Part shown: piece after piece, positions 1 through 7,679 of the stretch | Position numbering within the stretch: the stretch's first letter is position 1 | Layout of the letters: the number at the start of each line of letters is the position of its first letter | NCBI GenBank assembly: GCA_964533045.1 | Contig: CAZHKT010000002.1 | Span: forward strand, 994-58,149 | Length of the DNA stretch: 57,156 bases | Origin: an uncultured Acidobacteriota bacterium | Lineage (GTDB): Bacteria; Acidobacteriota; Terriglobia; UBA7540 | Reading direction: 5' to 3' | Notes under the pieces: generated by a model | What the model was told of the DNA's origin: nothing | The model's database searches: none | The model's input: only the letters and a program-made list of their open reading frames with translations | Translations under genes and position numbers: made by a program

Positions 1-65
1 AACGAATAGTAGAAGTTCGTCGCGCGGGCGTTGGTGAAGTGCCGGTTTTGTGTGCTGATGCCCAT
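1..65 (-). CDS. squalene/phytoene-synthase-fold protein, 5' end only (possibly presqualene diphosphate synthase HpnD); truncated by window edge
   Basis: Minus-strand ATG at 63-65 with AAGGAAG just upstream. The 21 codons to the window edge read MGISTQNRHFTNARATNFYYS. The NFYYS motif is typical of the N-terminus of SQS/PSY-fold enzymes, and the gene follows hpnC. Too short for certainty. Confidence 0.35.
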   Translation of the reverse strand, partial: MGISTQNRHFTNARATNFYYS

Positions 66-167
66 CTTCCTTATGCCGCGACGTCCGGAATGGATTCAGG
101 CTGTCAGGCGCCAGCTCTCACAGCTGTGCACAACGCATTGAAATCCCCCCCGCAAGCCCGTTGCCTT

Positions 168-1100
168 CTAAAAGGGCTTCCGTGATTTCCATAAGAGTCG
201 GAGGAAGTCGCGTTTTCCCAGGGTGGGGCGGCGGCCATAGACGTCGTATCCGGCCGCTTCGATCTTCTGCAGGATTGTGGTTCCACCCAGCCAGGTCAGA
301 CGCAACTGGCGGCGCAACTTCGGCTCGACCCATTCAGTGAGGGGTTTCCCCTTCTCGAAAAATTCCCACGTCCGTTTTGCCTCCAGGGCCATCAACTGGC
401 GCCAGGCATCTCCGGTGCGGCGCGCCGCCAAATCCTCGAGCGAGTACCCGAAGCGAGCCATGTCCTCCAGCGGCAGGTAGATGCGATCGCGCGCCAGATC
501 CAGCGCAATATCCTGCCAGAAGTTGGTCAGTTGCAGCGCCGTGCAGATGGCGTCGGAAAGACCAAACAGCCTTGCCTCCCGGTGGCCGAACAGTTCCAGC
601 ACCAGCCGCCCCACAGGATTGGCCGAGCAGGTGCAGTAAGCCAGCAAGGAATCAAAAGTCTTGTGCCGGTTTACGGTCACATCCTGTTCGAAAGCACAAA
701 GGAGGTTGTGAAAGTGAACCTCGGAGAGTTGCCACCGCTCGGCTGCATCGCGCAACGCCATGAAAACCGGATGGTCCGCACGCCCCGCGAAGCAATCCCG
801 CAATTTCTGCCGCCATTCGGCCAGTTGTTCCAGGCGATGGGCAACGCCCGGCTCGTCGGCCAGATCATCCGCGTAGCGCGCAAAGGCATAAACCGCGGCC
901 AGCGCGTCGCGTTTGTCGCGCGGAACCAGCAGCGAAGCCGTTGGGAAGTTTTCGTAATGCCTCCGCGCGACGCGGCGGCAGGCGGCGTAAGCGGCACGAA
1001 TTGCGGGTGAGGGGGCCGGCATTCGGAATCGGACTCGCTCCGACATTATAGGGCTGAAATCACGCGGGACGAAATTGTCCAAAGCCGCTTGACTTGTCAT
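168..1100 (-). CDS. hpnC: squalene synthase HpnC (squalene/phytoene synthase family, hopanoid pathway)
   Basis: 310-aa ORF with the HYENFPTAS motif and the Asp-rich box YADDLADE characteristic of the SQS_PSY fold. An alternative start lies at 1046. Confidence 0.8.
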   Translation of the reverse strand: MTSQAALDNFVPRDFSPIMSERVRFRMPAPSPAIRAAYAACRRVARRHYENFPTASLLVPRDKRDALAAVYAFARYADDLADEPGVAHRLEQLAEWRQKLRDCFAGRADHPVFMALRDAAERWQLSEVHFHNLLCAFEQDVTVNRHKTFDSLLAYCTCSANPVGRLVLELFGHREARLFGLSDAICTALQLTNFWQDIALDLARDRIYLPLEDMARFGYSLEDLAARRTGDAWRQLMALEAKRTWEFFEKGKPLTEWVEPKLRRQLRLTWLGGTTILQKIEAAGYDVYGRRPTLGKRDFLRLLWKSRKPF

Positions 1101-1164
1101 TGCGACTCGCGTATGGTTCGCCCATCTCGGGGCAAATCCGTTTCACCTGAAAAGGACGGTCAAC

Positions 1165-1605
1165 ATGAGAACTCTTCGCGACTCGACCGCAGCAGGAATC
1201 CTGATGGGGGCTTTGCTGACGGCCCAGCCGGCGCTGGCTTTCCGCGGCGAAGAAGCTGTGGGCATCGCCCTGCTCGGTGGATTCTTCCTGATTTTTCTCC
1301 TCTTCTTTGGCGCCATCTACGCCTACTTTGCCCTTGCCATTTCCACCATCGCCCGCAAAACCTTCACGCCCAACGCGTGGTACGCGTGGGTCCCGATCCT
1401 GAACATGATCCTGCTTCTCAACATCGCGAAGAAGCCCGCCTGGTGGGTGCTGCTCTTCTTTGTGCCCTTCGTCAACCTGGTGATCCTGGTGATTACGTGG
1501 ATGGAGGTGGCCAAGGCGCGCGGCCGCCCGGACTGGTGGGGTGTCTTGATCATTGCGCCCATCGCCAATTTCATCCTTCCGGGCATTCTCGCCTGGACGG
1601 ATTAG
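1165..1605 (+). CDS. small integral membrane protein, DUF5684-like
   Basis: 146 aa with a signal-like N-terminus and several TM helices. The WYAWVPILNMILLLNIAKKPAWW block resembles the DUF5684 family. Confidence 0.65.
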   Translation: MRTLRDSTAAGILMGALLTAQPALAFRGEEAVGIALLGGFFLIFLLFFGAIYAYFALAISTIARKTFTPNAWYAWVPILNMILLLNIAKKPAWWVLLFFVPFVNLVILVITWMEVAKARGRPDWWGVLIIAPIANFILPGILAWTD

Positions 1606-1671
1606 CAATTCCCGCAGCTACTTCAGAGGCTGAATTTCTAAATTGTTTTCGGCGGCAGCGGCGTTTACACT

Positions 1672-2454
1672 TTGCCCATGAGAGAACGACGCCAAGCCCC
1701 TCGCTATGCATTCGGTTTGAACGGCCTGCTGCATCGGCCCGGCGAAACGGTCGGCTCCAAAGTCCTGGTACAAGTGGTGAGCACCATCGGGTGCGCGGTG
1801 GATGGTGCGCCGCCGCTGGGCGTAGGCAAGGAGTGCGAATTGTACTTCGACTGGAGCGGCCTGCACGTCGGGGTGGCGGCGGAAGTGGCCTCGCGCGATT
1901 CCAGCGGGCGCCTGGGCTTGAAGTTCAAATCGCTTGACCGCGAAATGCAGTCGCGCCTGCAACAGATCGCCGATGCCCTGCGCGAGCGTGCCCTCTCCGT
2001 GGGAATCCAAAGGCAACCGGAAGCCGCCGTACCCCTGGCCGATTCATTGCGCGTGGCCAAGCAACCCGCAAGCATTCGAAGGTCACCTGCCGCAGCCCCC
2101 TCCGCCCCCCAAAAGTCGGATCGCCGCAAAGTGCCGCGCTACGTCGGCGACATTCCGGCGCGCCTTTCCATTCCCACCTCCGGCAGCGAAGCAGAAGTCG
2201 AAATCATCGTCCTCTCCGTCCTCGGCTGCTGCCTGGAAGGTTCGGGGCTGCCCAACGCAGGTCAGATGTGTGAACTGACCGCCGAGTGGGAAGGTCGGCC
2301 GCTCGTGGCTCGAGGCGAGGTGATGTGGAATACCCAAGGAAAGAAGATTGGCCTCAAGTTCGCGGACCTCGATCCGTCCGCGGAAAAGACTCTGCGCCAT
2401 ATCTGCTCCAACCTCCGCCTTCAGCCCATGGGCGCCCTGCCACCGGAACCGTGA
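1672..2454 (+). CDS. tandem PilZ domain protein (putative c-di-GMP binding)
   Basis: Two repeats each open with an RxxxR-type motif (RERRQAPRY and SDRRKVPRY), followed by a beta-rich region with D/NxSxxG-like elements (VLSVLGCCLEGSG). The ORF-track start is TTG at 1672; an ATG lies at 1678. Confidence 0.7.
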   Translation: MPMRERRQAPRYAFGLNGLLHRPGETVGSKVLVQVVSTIGCAVDGAPPLGVGKECELYFDWSGLHVGVAAEVASRDSSGRLGLKFKSLDREMQSRLQQIADALRERALSVGIQRQPEAAVPLADSLRVAKQPASIRRSPAAAPSAPQKSDRRKVPRYVGDIPARLSIPTSGSEAEVEIIVLSVLGCCLEGSGLPNAGQMCELTAEWEGRPLVARGEVMWNTQGKKIGLKFADLDPSAEKTLRHICSNLRLQPMGALPPEP

Positions 2455-2468
2455 CTCCCTGTCACACC

Positions 2469-2499
2469 GTAGCGCAACGCCCGCTTTCCGGCGTTGCGG
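2469..2499 (+). repeat. REP element, family 2, stem variant C (GTAGCGCAACGCC...GGCGTTGCGG)
   Basis: 31-nt hairpin with the same GTAGCGCA head and the same loop (CCGCTTTCCGG) as the REPs flanking the RAYT gene. It lies 15 nt after the PilZ stop codon. Confidence 0.65.
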
Positions 2500-2615
2500 G
2501 TCCTTGCTTTCCGAAGAGCCGCTCGGCTGGCGCAGACCAGAGCTCTGCGATATTCATGCAGGCCCGGCACCGCGCAGAGCTGCGCTCGGCGCCAGCCACG
2601 ACGTCCGCGGCTTGC

Positions 2616-2815
2616 TCATCCATTCTTTCTCAGCAGTGCCGCGTGGCTGCCGCGAAGGCGGGGGCGATCGGCGATCTCAAGCCCCGCGCCTCGGGCGGCC
2701 AACTGTTCTTCAAACTCTTTGTCTTTGACGTGCCCCGTAGGTTCCGCGAGCAGAAGCGTGCCCACCGGTTTCAGCGCCGCAGCAGGCTGGCCAGAAATTA
2801 TCTGAGCCACGAGAG
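2616..2815 (-). pseudogene. C-terminal remnant of a class I SAM-dependent methyltransferase
   Basis: The minus frame reads ...AALKPVGTLLLAEPTGHVKDKEFEEQLAARGAGLEI..., which resembles the LKPGGxLLiaEP + (D/E)EFexxL tail of Methyltransf_11/25 proteins. No SAM-binding N-terminal part is present; the upstream part of the ORF is REP sequence. Confidence 0.35.
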
Positions 2816-2845
2816 ATAAACGCGCTGCGGCATAATGACGGCCTC

Positions 2846-2975
2846 GGTGTAAAACGTAGCGGCGGCCTTCAGGCCGCCACGGTCCTGAAAGCAATGGCGA
2901 GCTGAAGCCCGCCGCTACTTTCGTTCCGGCTTTTGGCGGCGGAGGAAGCAATGGCGGGCTGAAGCCCGCCGCTAC
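2846..2975. repeat. REP family 1 cluster (three GTAGCGGCGG-headed hairpins: 2846-2870 forward, 2894-2918 and 2951-2975 inverted)
   Basis: Units read GTAGCGGCGGCCTTCAGGCCGCCAC and ATGGCG(A/G)GCTGAAGCCCGCCGCTAC. The same 25-nt hairpin family recurs at 6574, 16260, 41011 and 56983. Confidence 0.8.
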
Positions 2976-4183
2976 TTCAGCTCCGGCTTTCGGCGGCGGA
3001 GGAACGCGGGGACATCCAAGTCGTCGTCGGGAACGTCCACGGTGAGGGGCGGCGGGGGCGGCACGGGTGATGGTGCGGGCGCCGCGACCGGCTCGGGCAA
3101 CGGTCTCTCGATTTTGCGCTGCATGGAGGCTTTAATGGTCTGCTGGGCGGTGCGCAGCGCGGGCGAAGTGGCAGGCCGCAGCTTCAGGCCCATCTTGTCG
3201 GCCTTGATGCCGGTGGCGATCACGGTAACGCGCACCGCGTCGCCCATGCGCTCATCGTGCACGGCGCCGAAGATGATGTTGGCGTTTTCGGCAGCGGCCT
3301 TCTGGACAATGGTGGAAGCCTCGTGAACTTCGAACAGGGTCAGCTTGGCCGAGCCGGTGATGTTGAGCAGGATTCCCTGCGCCCCATTGATCGAGGCGTC
3401 CTCCAGCAGCGGGCTGGCGATGGCGCGCTGCACGGCCTCCACGGCGCGATTCTCTCCGGTGGCGTCGGCCGTGCCCATTACCGCGTAGCCCATGCCTTCC
3501 ATGATGGTTTTAATGTCGGCAAAGTCACGGTTGATAATACCCGTGATCGTAATAATGTCTGAGATGCCTTGGACGCCCTGGCGCAGGATGTCGTCGGCGA
3601 TGCGAAACGCCTCGAAGAAGCTGGTCCCCTTGTCCACGAACTGCATCAGGCGCTCGTTGGGAATGCAGATGACCGTGTCCACCACCTCACTCAGTTCGGC
3701 CAGGCCCTGCTCGGCCTGCATCATGCGGCGGCGGCCTTCGAACGCGAAAGGCTTGGTGACCACGGCGACCGTCAGCGCCCCGAGTTCGCGCGCCAGGCTG
3801 GCCACGATGGGGGCGCCGCCCGTACCGGTTCCTCCGCCCAGGCCGGCGGTGACAAACACCATGTCCGCGCCTTCCAGCGCGTCGATGATCTTCTCAGTAT
3901 CTTCTAGCGCCGATTTGCGCCCGACTTCAGGATTGGCGCCCGCGCCCAGGCCTTTCGTCAGCTTCTGGCCGAGCTGAATCTTGACCGGCGCGTGCGAGGC
4001 CTTGAGCGCCTGCATGTCGGTATTCGCGACCAGGAACTCGACGCCCTCCAGCTTCGCCGCGATCATGCGATTGACGGCGTTGCCGCCGCCGCCGCCCACG
4101 CCGATCACCTTGATCTTCGCGCCCTGACGGCTCTCGTCCGAGAAACCGACGCGAATCCCGTCGTTGATGTCATTCTCTGCCAT
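2972..4183 (-). CDS. ftsZ: cell division GTPase FtsZ
   Basis: [11 protein letters not shown] and [10 protein letters not shown] tubulin signature, a C-terminal DVPAFLRRR peptide, and a GAGGAG SD. Confidence 0.97.
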   Translation of the reverse strand: MAENDINDGIRVGFSDESRQGAKIKVIGVGGGGGNAVNRMIAAKLEGVEFLVANTDMQALKASHAPVKIQLGQKLTKGLGAGANPEVGRKSALEDTEKIIDALEGADMVFVTAGLGGGTGTGGAPIVASLARELGALTVAVVTKPFAFEGRRRMMQAEQGLAELSEVVDTVICIPNERLMQFVDKGTSFFEAFRIADDILRQGVQGISDIITITGIINRDFADIKTIMEGMGYAVMGTADATGENRAVEAVQRAIASPLLEDASINGAQGILLNITGSAKLTLFEVHEASTIVQKAAAENANIIFGAVHDERMGDAVRVTVIATGIKADKMGLKLRPATSPALRTAQQTIKASMQRKIERPLPEPVAAPAPSPVPPPPPLTVDVPDDDLDVPAFLRRRKPELK

Positions 4184-4257
4184 GGTCGCTCCTCATACAG
4201 GTGTCCGTCATGCCCATCGGCAGAAAAGCCTGGCACCCGACACCTGGCATCTGACAC

Positions 4258-5478
4258 CTAATTCTTCCCCCGCAACGCCCCCCAGATTCTTCCCATGAAT
4301 CCTTTCTCCGACGGTCCGCGCATCAGCAGCAAACGGTGGCCGTGAAGGATGAGGCCAACGGCAGCGGCATAGGACGGATCGGGAAGGACTTCGCCCATGT
4401 TTTCCAGTCCCTGGGGCACGCCCGTGCGCACCGGCACGTTCAGCGCCTGCTCCGCCATGGCCGCCAGGCCGCCCAGTTTCGATCCGCCGCCGGTCAGCAC
4501 CAGCCCGCTCCCCAGGGTCTTCAGGCAGCCAGCGCGACTCAGTTCGGCCAAGAGCAATTCGACCAACTCCTCCGCCCGGGGCTCGATGTAGTCGCTGAGC
4601 ATGGAGTAAGTCGCGACGCGCGAAGGCCGTTCGCCCATGCTTTTGACTTCGATCATCGCGTCACCACCCCGACCCGGCTCGTGCTCGCCCCAGAGGCGCT
4701 TCATCTTTTCGGCCTCCGGAATGGGCGTGCGCAGGCCTACGGCAATGTCGTTGGTGAAGTGCTCGCCGCCAATCGGGATGACCGCCGTGTGACGGACGGC
4801 GCCCTCACTATGCACAATCAGTTCCGACGACCCGCCGCCGATATCGAGCAGCGCCACGCCGAGCTCGCGCTCGTCTTCGGTCAGGCAGGCCCACGAGGAG
4901 GCCAGGGCTTCGAAAACCGTGCCTCCCGGCGGAACTTTGATGCCGGCGCGGTTGACGGCGGTCACGATGTTCTGCCAGGCCATGGTCGAAGCGGTGATCA
5001 GGTGGACGTTCACTTCCAGAGTCCGGCCGGTCATGCCCACGGGATGCCGGATGCCGTTTTCCGAGTCGAGCAGGAATTCCTGCTGGAGGGCGTCGATGAT
5101 CTCGCGGTCTTCGGGAAGCGAGATACCTTTGGCGTTCTGGAATGCCCGGACTTTGTCTTCGGGCGTCACTTCGCGCGGCGTCGCGCCCAGCGAATAGGCA
5201 CCATGCGAGTTCATGCCTTTCAGGTGCGCGCCGCCCACGCTCACGTAGGCATTCTCAAAGGAGACCTTGGCCTCGGCTTCGGCCGCCTCCACCGCCTTCT
5301 TGATGGAAAGCACGACGGAATCGAGATTCACAATCATGCCTTTACGCCAGCCGCGCGATTCGGCCACGCCCAGGCCCGCCACTTCCAGCCGGCCTTCCGA
5401 CACGCGCTCGCAGGCCAGCGCACAGGTCTTCGATGTGCCTAGGTCCAGTCCGAAGATGTATCGATCACTCGAACTCAC
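4258..5478 (-). CDS. ftsA: cell division protein FtsA
   Basis: Actin-fold motifs (GLDLGTSK, DIGGGSS), located between ftsQ and ftsZ. GTG start. Confidence 0.95.
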   Translation of the reverse strand: MSSSDRYIFGLDLGTSKTCALACERVSEGRLEVAGLGVAESRGWRKGMIVNLDSVVLSIKKAVEAAEAEAKVSFENAYVSVGGAHLKGMNSHGAYSLGATPREVTPEDKVRAFQNAKGISLPEDREIIDALQQEFLLDSENGIRHPVGMTGRTLEVNVHLITASTMAWQNIVTAVNRAGIKVPPGGTVFEALASSWACLTEDERELGVALLDIGGGSSELIVHSEGAVRHTAVIPIGGEHFTNDIAVGLRTPIPEAEKMKRLWGEHEPGRGGDAMIEVKSMGERPSRVATYSMLSDYIEPRAEELVELLLAELSRAGCLKTLGSGLVLTGGGSKLGGLAAMAEQALNVPVRTGVPQGLENMGEVLPDPSYAAAVGLILHGHRLLLMRGPSEKGFMGRIWGALRGKN

Positions 5479-5504
5479 AGAATTCTCACAGCCTCACCGG
5501 GATT

Positions 5505-5608
5505 GTCATACCGAGCTCCCCCCGATCCGATCGGGGCATCGCGAAAATGCTCGCATGGCCGAAGAGGGGATACGAGATTCCTCGGCGCTTTGGGCTCCCC
5601 GGAATGAC
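5505..5608. repeat. 104-bp element bounded by imperfect inverted repeats (GTCATACCGAG / CCGGAATGAC) in the ftsQ-ftsA spacer
   Basis: The termini match at 10 of the first 11 positions. There is an internal palindrome CCCCGATCCGATCGGGG. Only one copy is present in this window. Confidence 0.3.
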
Positions 5609-5635
5609 GGCTTACCAGTATTCATTTCCGCCCAG

Positions 5636-6565
5636 CTAATTCTCGCGAATCCCGGCGGGGGAATCCTGACTCACCTCCGCCGGCGCCGGCGATTTGGGAT
5701 TCACCACCACCTGGCGTCCGTAGCGAAGGTCAATCGAATCCACCGGCGCCCCGGCCGTCTTCAATTCCGGGAGGAGCGTTAGGAAATTGCGGAATCGCTC
5801 GGCAAAACTGCCGTGACCGAAATGGACCTGGATAGTCTCCTGGTTCGCCGCCAGCAACGCCTTCAAATCGTCGGGGTCGGCCAAGTCCACTTCGGAAATC
5901 ATCCAGCCGGCCGTCGCCGCTTCATTCGCCACCTCGCGCGTGAAATCCAGGTACACGCTCAGTCGTGAGGCGCGCTCGGCCGGCCCACCCACCGCGTCCA
6001 GCCCGGTGACCACCGGGAAGTCGAAACGCGCCCGCTCGGGCTTTTCCAGCAGCACGCCGTGGCGATCCACCAGCTTGAGATGTCCGGCCACGTGGATGAA
6101 CGCCACCGGCACGCGCTCTTCCAGATGCACGGCCAGCCGATTCGGATAAGCGCGCGTCAGGGTGGCGCGCTCTACCCAGGGAATGGCTTCCAGTTGCCGG
6201 CGCTTCTCTTCCATGGACATCTTGAAGATGTTGAGCCCGGGCGAGAGCCGGCCGGCCGGCGGCAGCCCCAGCGCGTTGATCGCCTCATCGCGCGAGACAT
6301 ACTGGTTCCCCGTCAGGATAACATCCTCGGCGGAAGTGAGCGAAAACTCCGGCGACGTGGAGCCAAACTCCGCCAGCCGGTATCCGCCGTAACCGAGCGG
6401 GATCAGCACTAGGAGCGAGAGGCATGCCCACTGCGCCAGCCGCCGCCAGCGGCTCCCGCGGCCGCGCCGGACCGGAACGGCGCGGCCGCGTCGCCGAAAA
6501 GCGGATTCCTTTTCTTCCTCCTCTTCCGGCTCCCGTTCGAGATCGTCGATGTCGTCGCGACTCAT
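5636..6565 (-). CDS. ftsQ: cell division protein FtsQ (POTRA domain)
   Basis: Charged cytoplasmic tail, one TM helix (LSLLVLIPLGYGGY) and a POTRA/FtsQ periplasmic domain. Start is placed at ATG 6565 because the 16 codons upstream in the ORF track are REP sequence. Confidence 0.85.
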   Translation of the reverse strand: MSRDDIDDLEREPEEEEEKESAFRRRGRAVPVRRGRGSRWRRLAQWACLSLLVLIPLGYGGYRLAEFGSTSPEFSLTSAEDVILTGNQYVSRDEAINALGLPPAGRLSPGLNIFKMSMEEKRRQLEAIPWVERATLTRAYPNRLAVHLEERVPVAFIHVAGHLKLVDRHGVLLEKPERARFDFPVVTGLDAVGGPAERASRLSVYLDFTREVANEAATAGWMISEVDLADPDDLKALLAANQETIQVHFGHGSFAERFRNFLTLLPELKTAGAPVDSIDLRYGRQVVVNPKSPAPAEVSQDSPAGIREN

Positions 6566-6573
6566 GATCTTCT

Positions 6574-6639
6574 TGTAGCGGCGGCCTTTAGGCCGCCACT
6601 CCATCCCCGTCACGCATGGCGGGCTAAAGCCCGCCGCTA
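6574..6639. repeat. convergent REP family 1 pair between murB and ftsQ
   Basis: GTAGCGGCGGCCTTTAGGCCGCCAC (6574-6598) and ATGGCGGGCTAAAGCCCGCCGCTAC (6615-6639). Confidence 0.8.
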
Positions 6640-6670
6640 CGTCCCTGCCAGGCTCAGACCCGGCGCAACC

Positions 6671-7606
6671 TCAGTTTTTCCACACAACCACTTCTTCCTT
6701 CAATTCCACGCCGTAGGTCTTCCAAACGCGCTCGCGGATAACGTCCATCAGGGCGAAGAAATCGGCGGCCGTGGCGCCGTAACGATTCACCAGAAAATTT
6801 GCGTGCCGCTCGGAAACCACTGCACCGCCCACCCGCCAGCCCTTCAATCCCAGTTCGTCAATCATCTTACCGGCAGAGAGGCCGGGCGGGTTCTTGAAAA
6901 TGCATCCCGCGCTCTTCTCGTTGACGGGTTGCGAGGCGCGCCGCTTCTGGTTGCACTGCTTGACGCGCCCCAGGATTTCCTCGTAGGGCCTTTCTGGAAG
7001 CTCCAGCGTCACCGAAAGCAGGATATCGTCCTCGGCGAAACTGGAGCCGCGGTACTCAAAGCTCAGTTGATCGGTCTGCAGCACCTCCAGCTTGCCCGCC
7101 GCGCCTCGAAAGACGGTCACGGCGCGGACCACGTCCTTGATCTCGGTGCCGTAGGCGCCGGCATTCATTTGCAGCGCGCCCCCGACGGTCCCGGGAACGC
7201 CCACCAGGCCTTCCATGCCGCCCAGGTTGCGCTTGGCGCATTCCATGACCGTGGTCCCCAGATTCAACGCGGTGGAAACGCTGACCCGATTTCCCTCGAA
7301 TTCCAATCCGTCGGGATCGCGCACCAGATGGAGGGCCACTTCGTCGAGGCCTTCGTCCGCCACCAGCAGATTCGTCCCGCCACCCAGCAGCCGCCAGCCG
7401 ACGCCGCGCTCGCGCAGAAAGGCAATCAGCTCGCCGATTCGGCCCAGGTCCCTAACGCGGATGATGTCCATGGGACCGCCCACACCGAGCGAAGTGTGGC
7501 GCGCCATGGGTTCGCCGGGCAGCCAGTCGGCGCCCAGCGCATTGAGCGCCTGAGCCGTGCCGGGTTGAGAAGCAAGAATGGACATCAATCGGTCACTCGA
7601 GCGCAA
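6671..7606 (-). CDS. murB: UDP-N-acetylenolpyruvoylglucosamine reductase MurB
   Basis: FAD-binding PCMH region (HTSLGVGGP, GGGTNLL) and the MurB C-terminal domain. Confidence 0.93.
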   Translation of the reverse strand: MRSSDRLMSILASQPGTAQALNALGADWLPGEPMARHTSLGVGGPMDIIRVRDLGRIGELIAFLRERGVGWRLLGGGTNLLVADEGLDEVALHLVRDPDGLEFEGNRVSVSTALNLGTTVMECAKRNLGGMEGLVGVPGTVGGALQMNAGAYGTEIKDVVRAVTVFRGAAGKLEVLQTDQLSFEYRGSSFAEDDILLSVTLELPERPYEEILGRVKQCNQKRRASQPVNEKSAGCIFKNPPGLSAGKMIDELGLKGWRVGGAVVSERHANFLVNRYGATAADFFALMDVIRERVWKTYGVELKEEVVVWKN

Positions 7607-7679
7607 AACGGTGGTCGACGCCGCGGCGATCCTGGATCACCGTTCTTCCAGGAGGTAGAAACGCCTCGCCCCGGCGTCG

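Noticed and set aside
4229-4259. Possible sigma54 promoter (two TGGCA motifs) between ftsA and ftsZ
   Set aside because: The GG and GC elements are not at the required 10-nt separation (GC is offset by 15, not 12). The motif is also on the strand antisense to the dcw genes.
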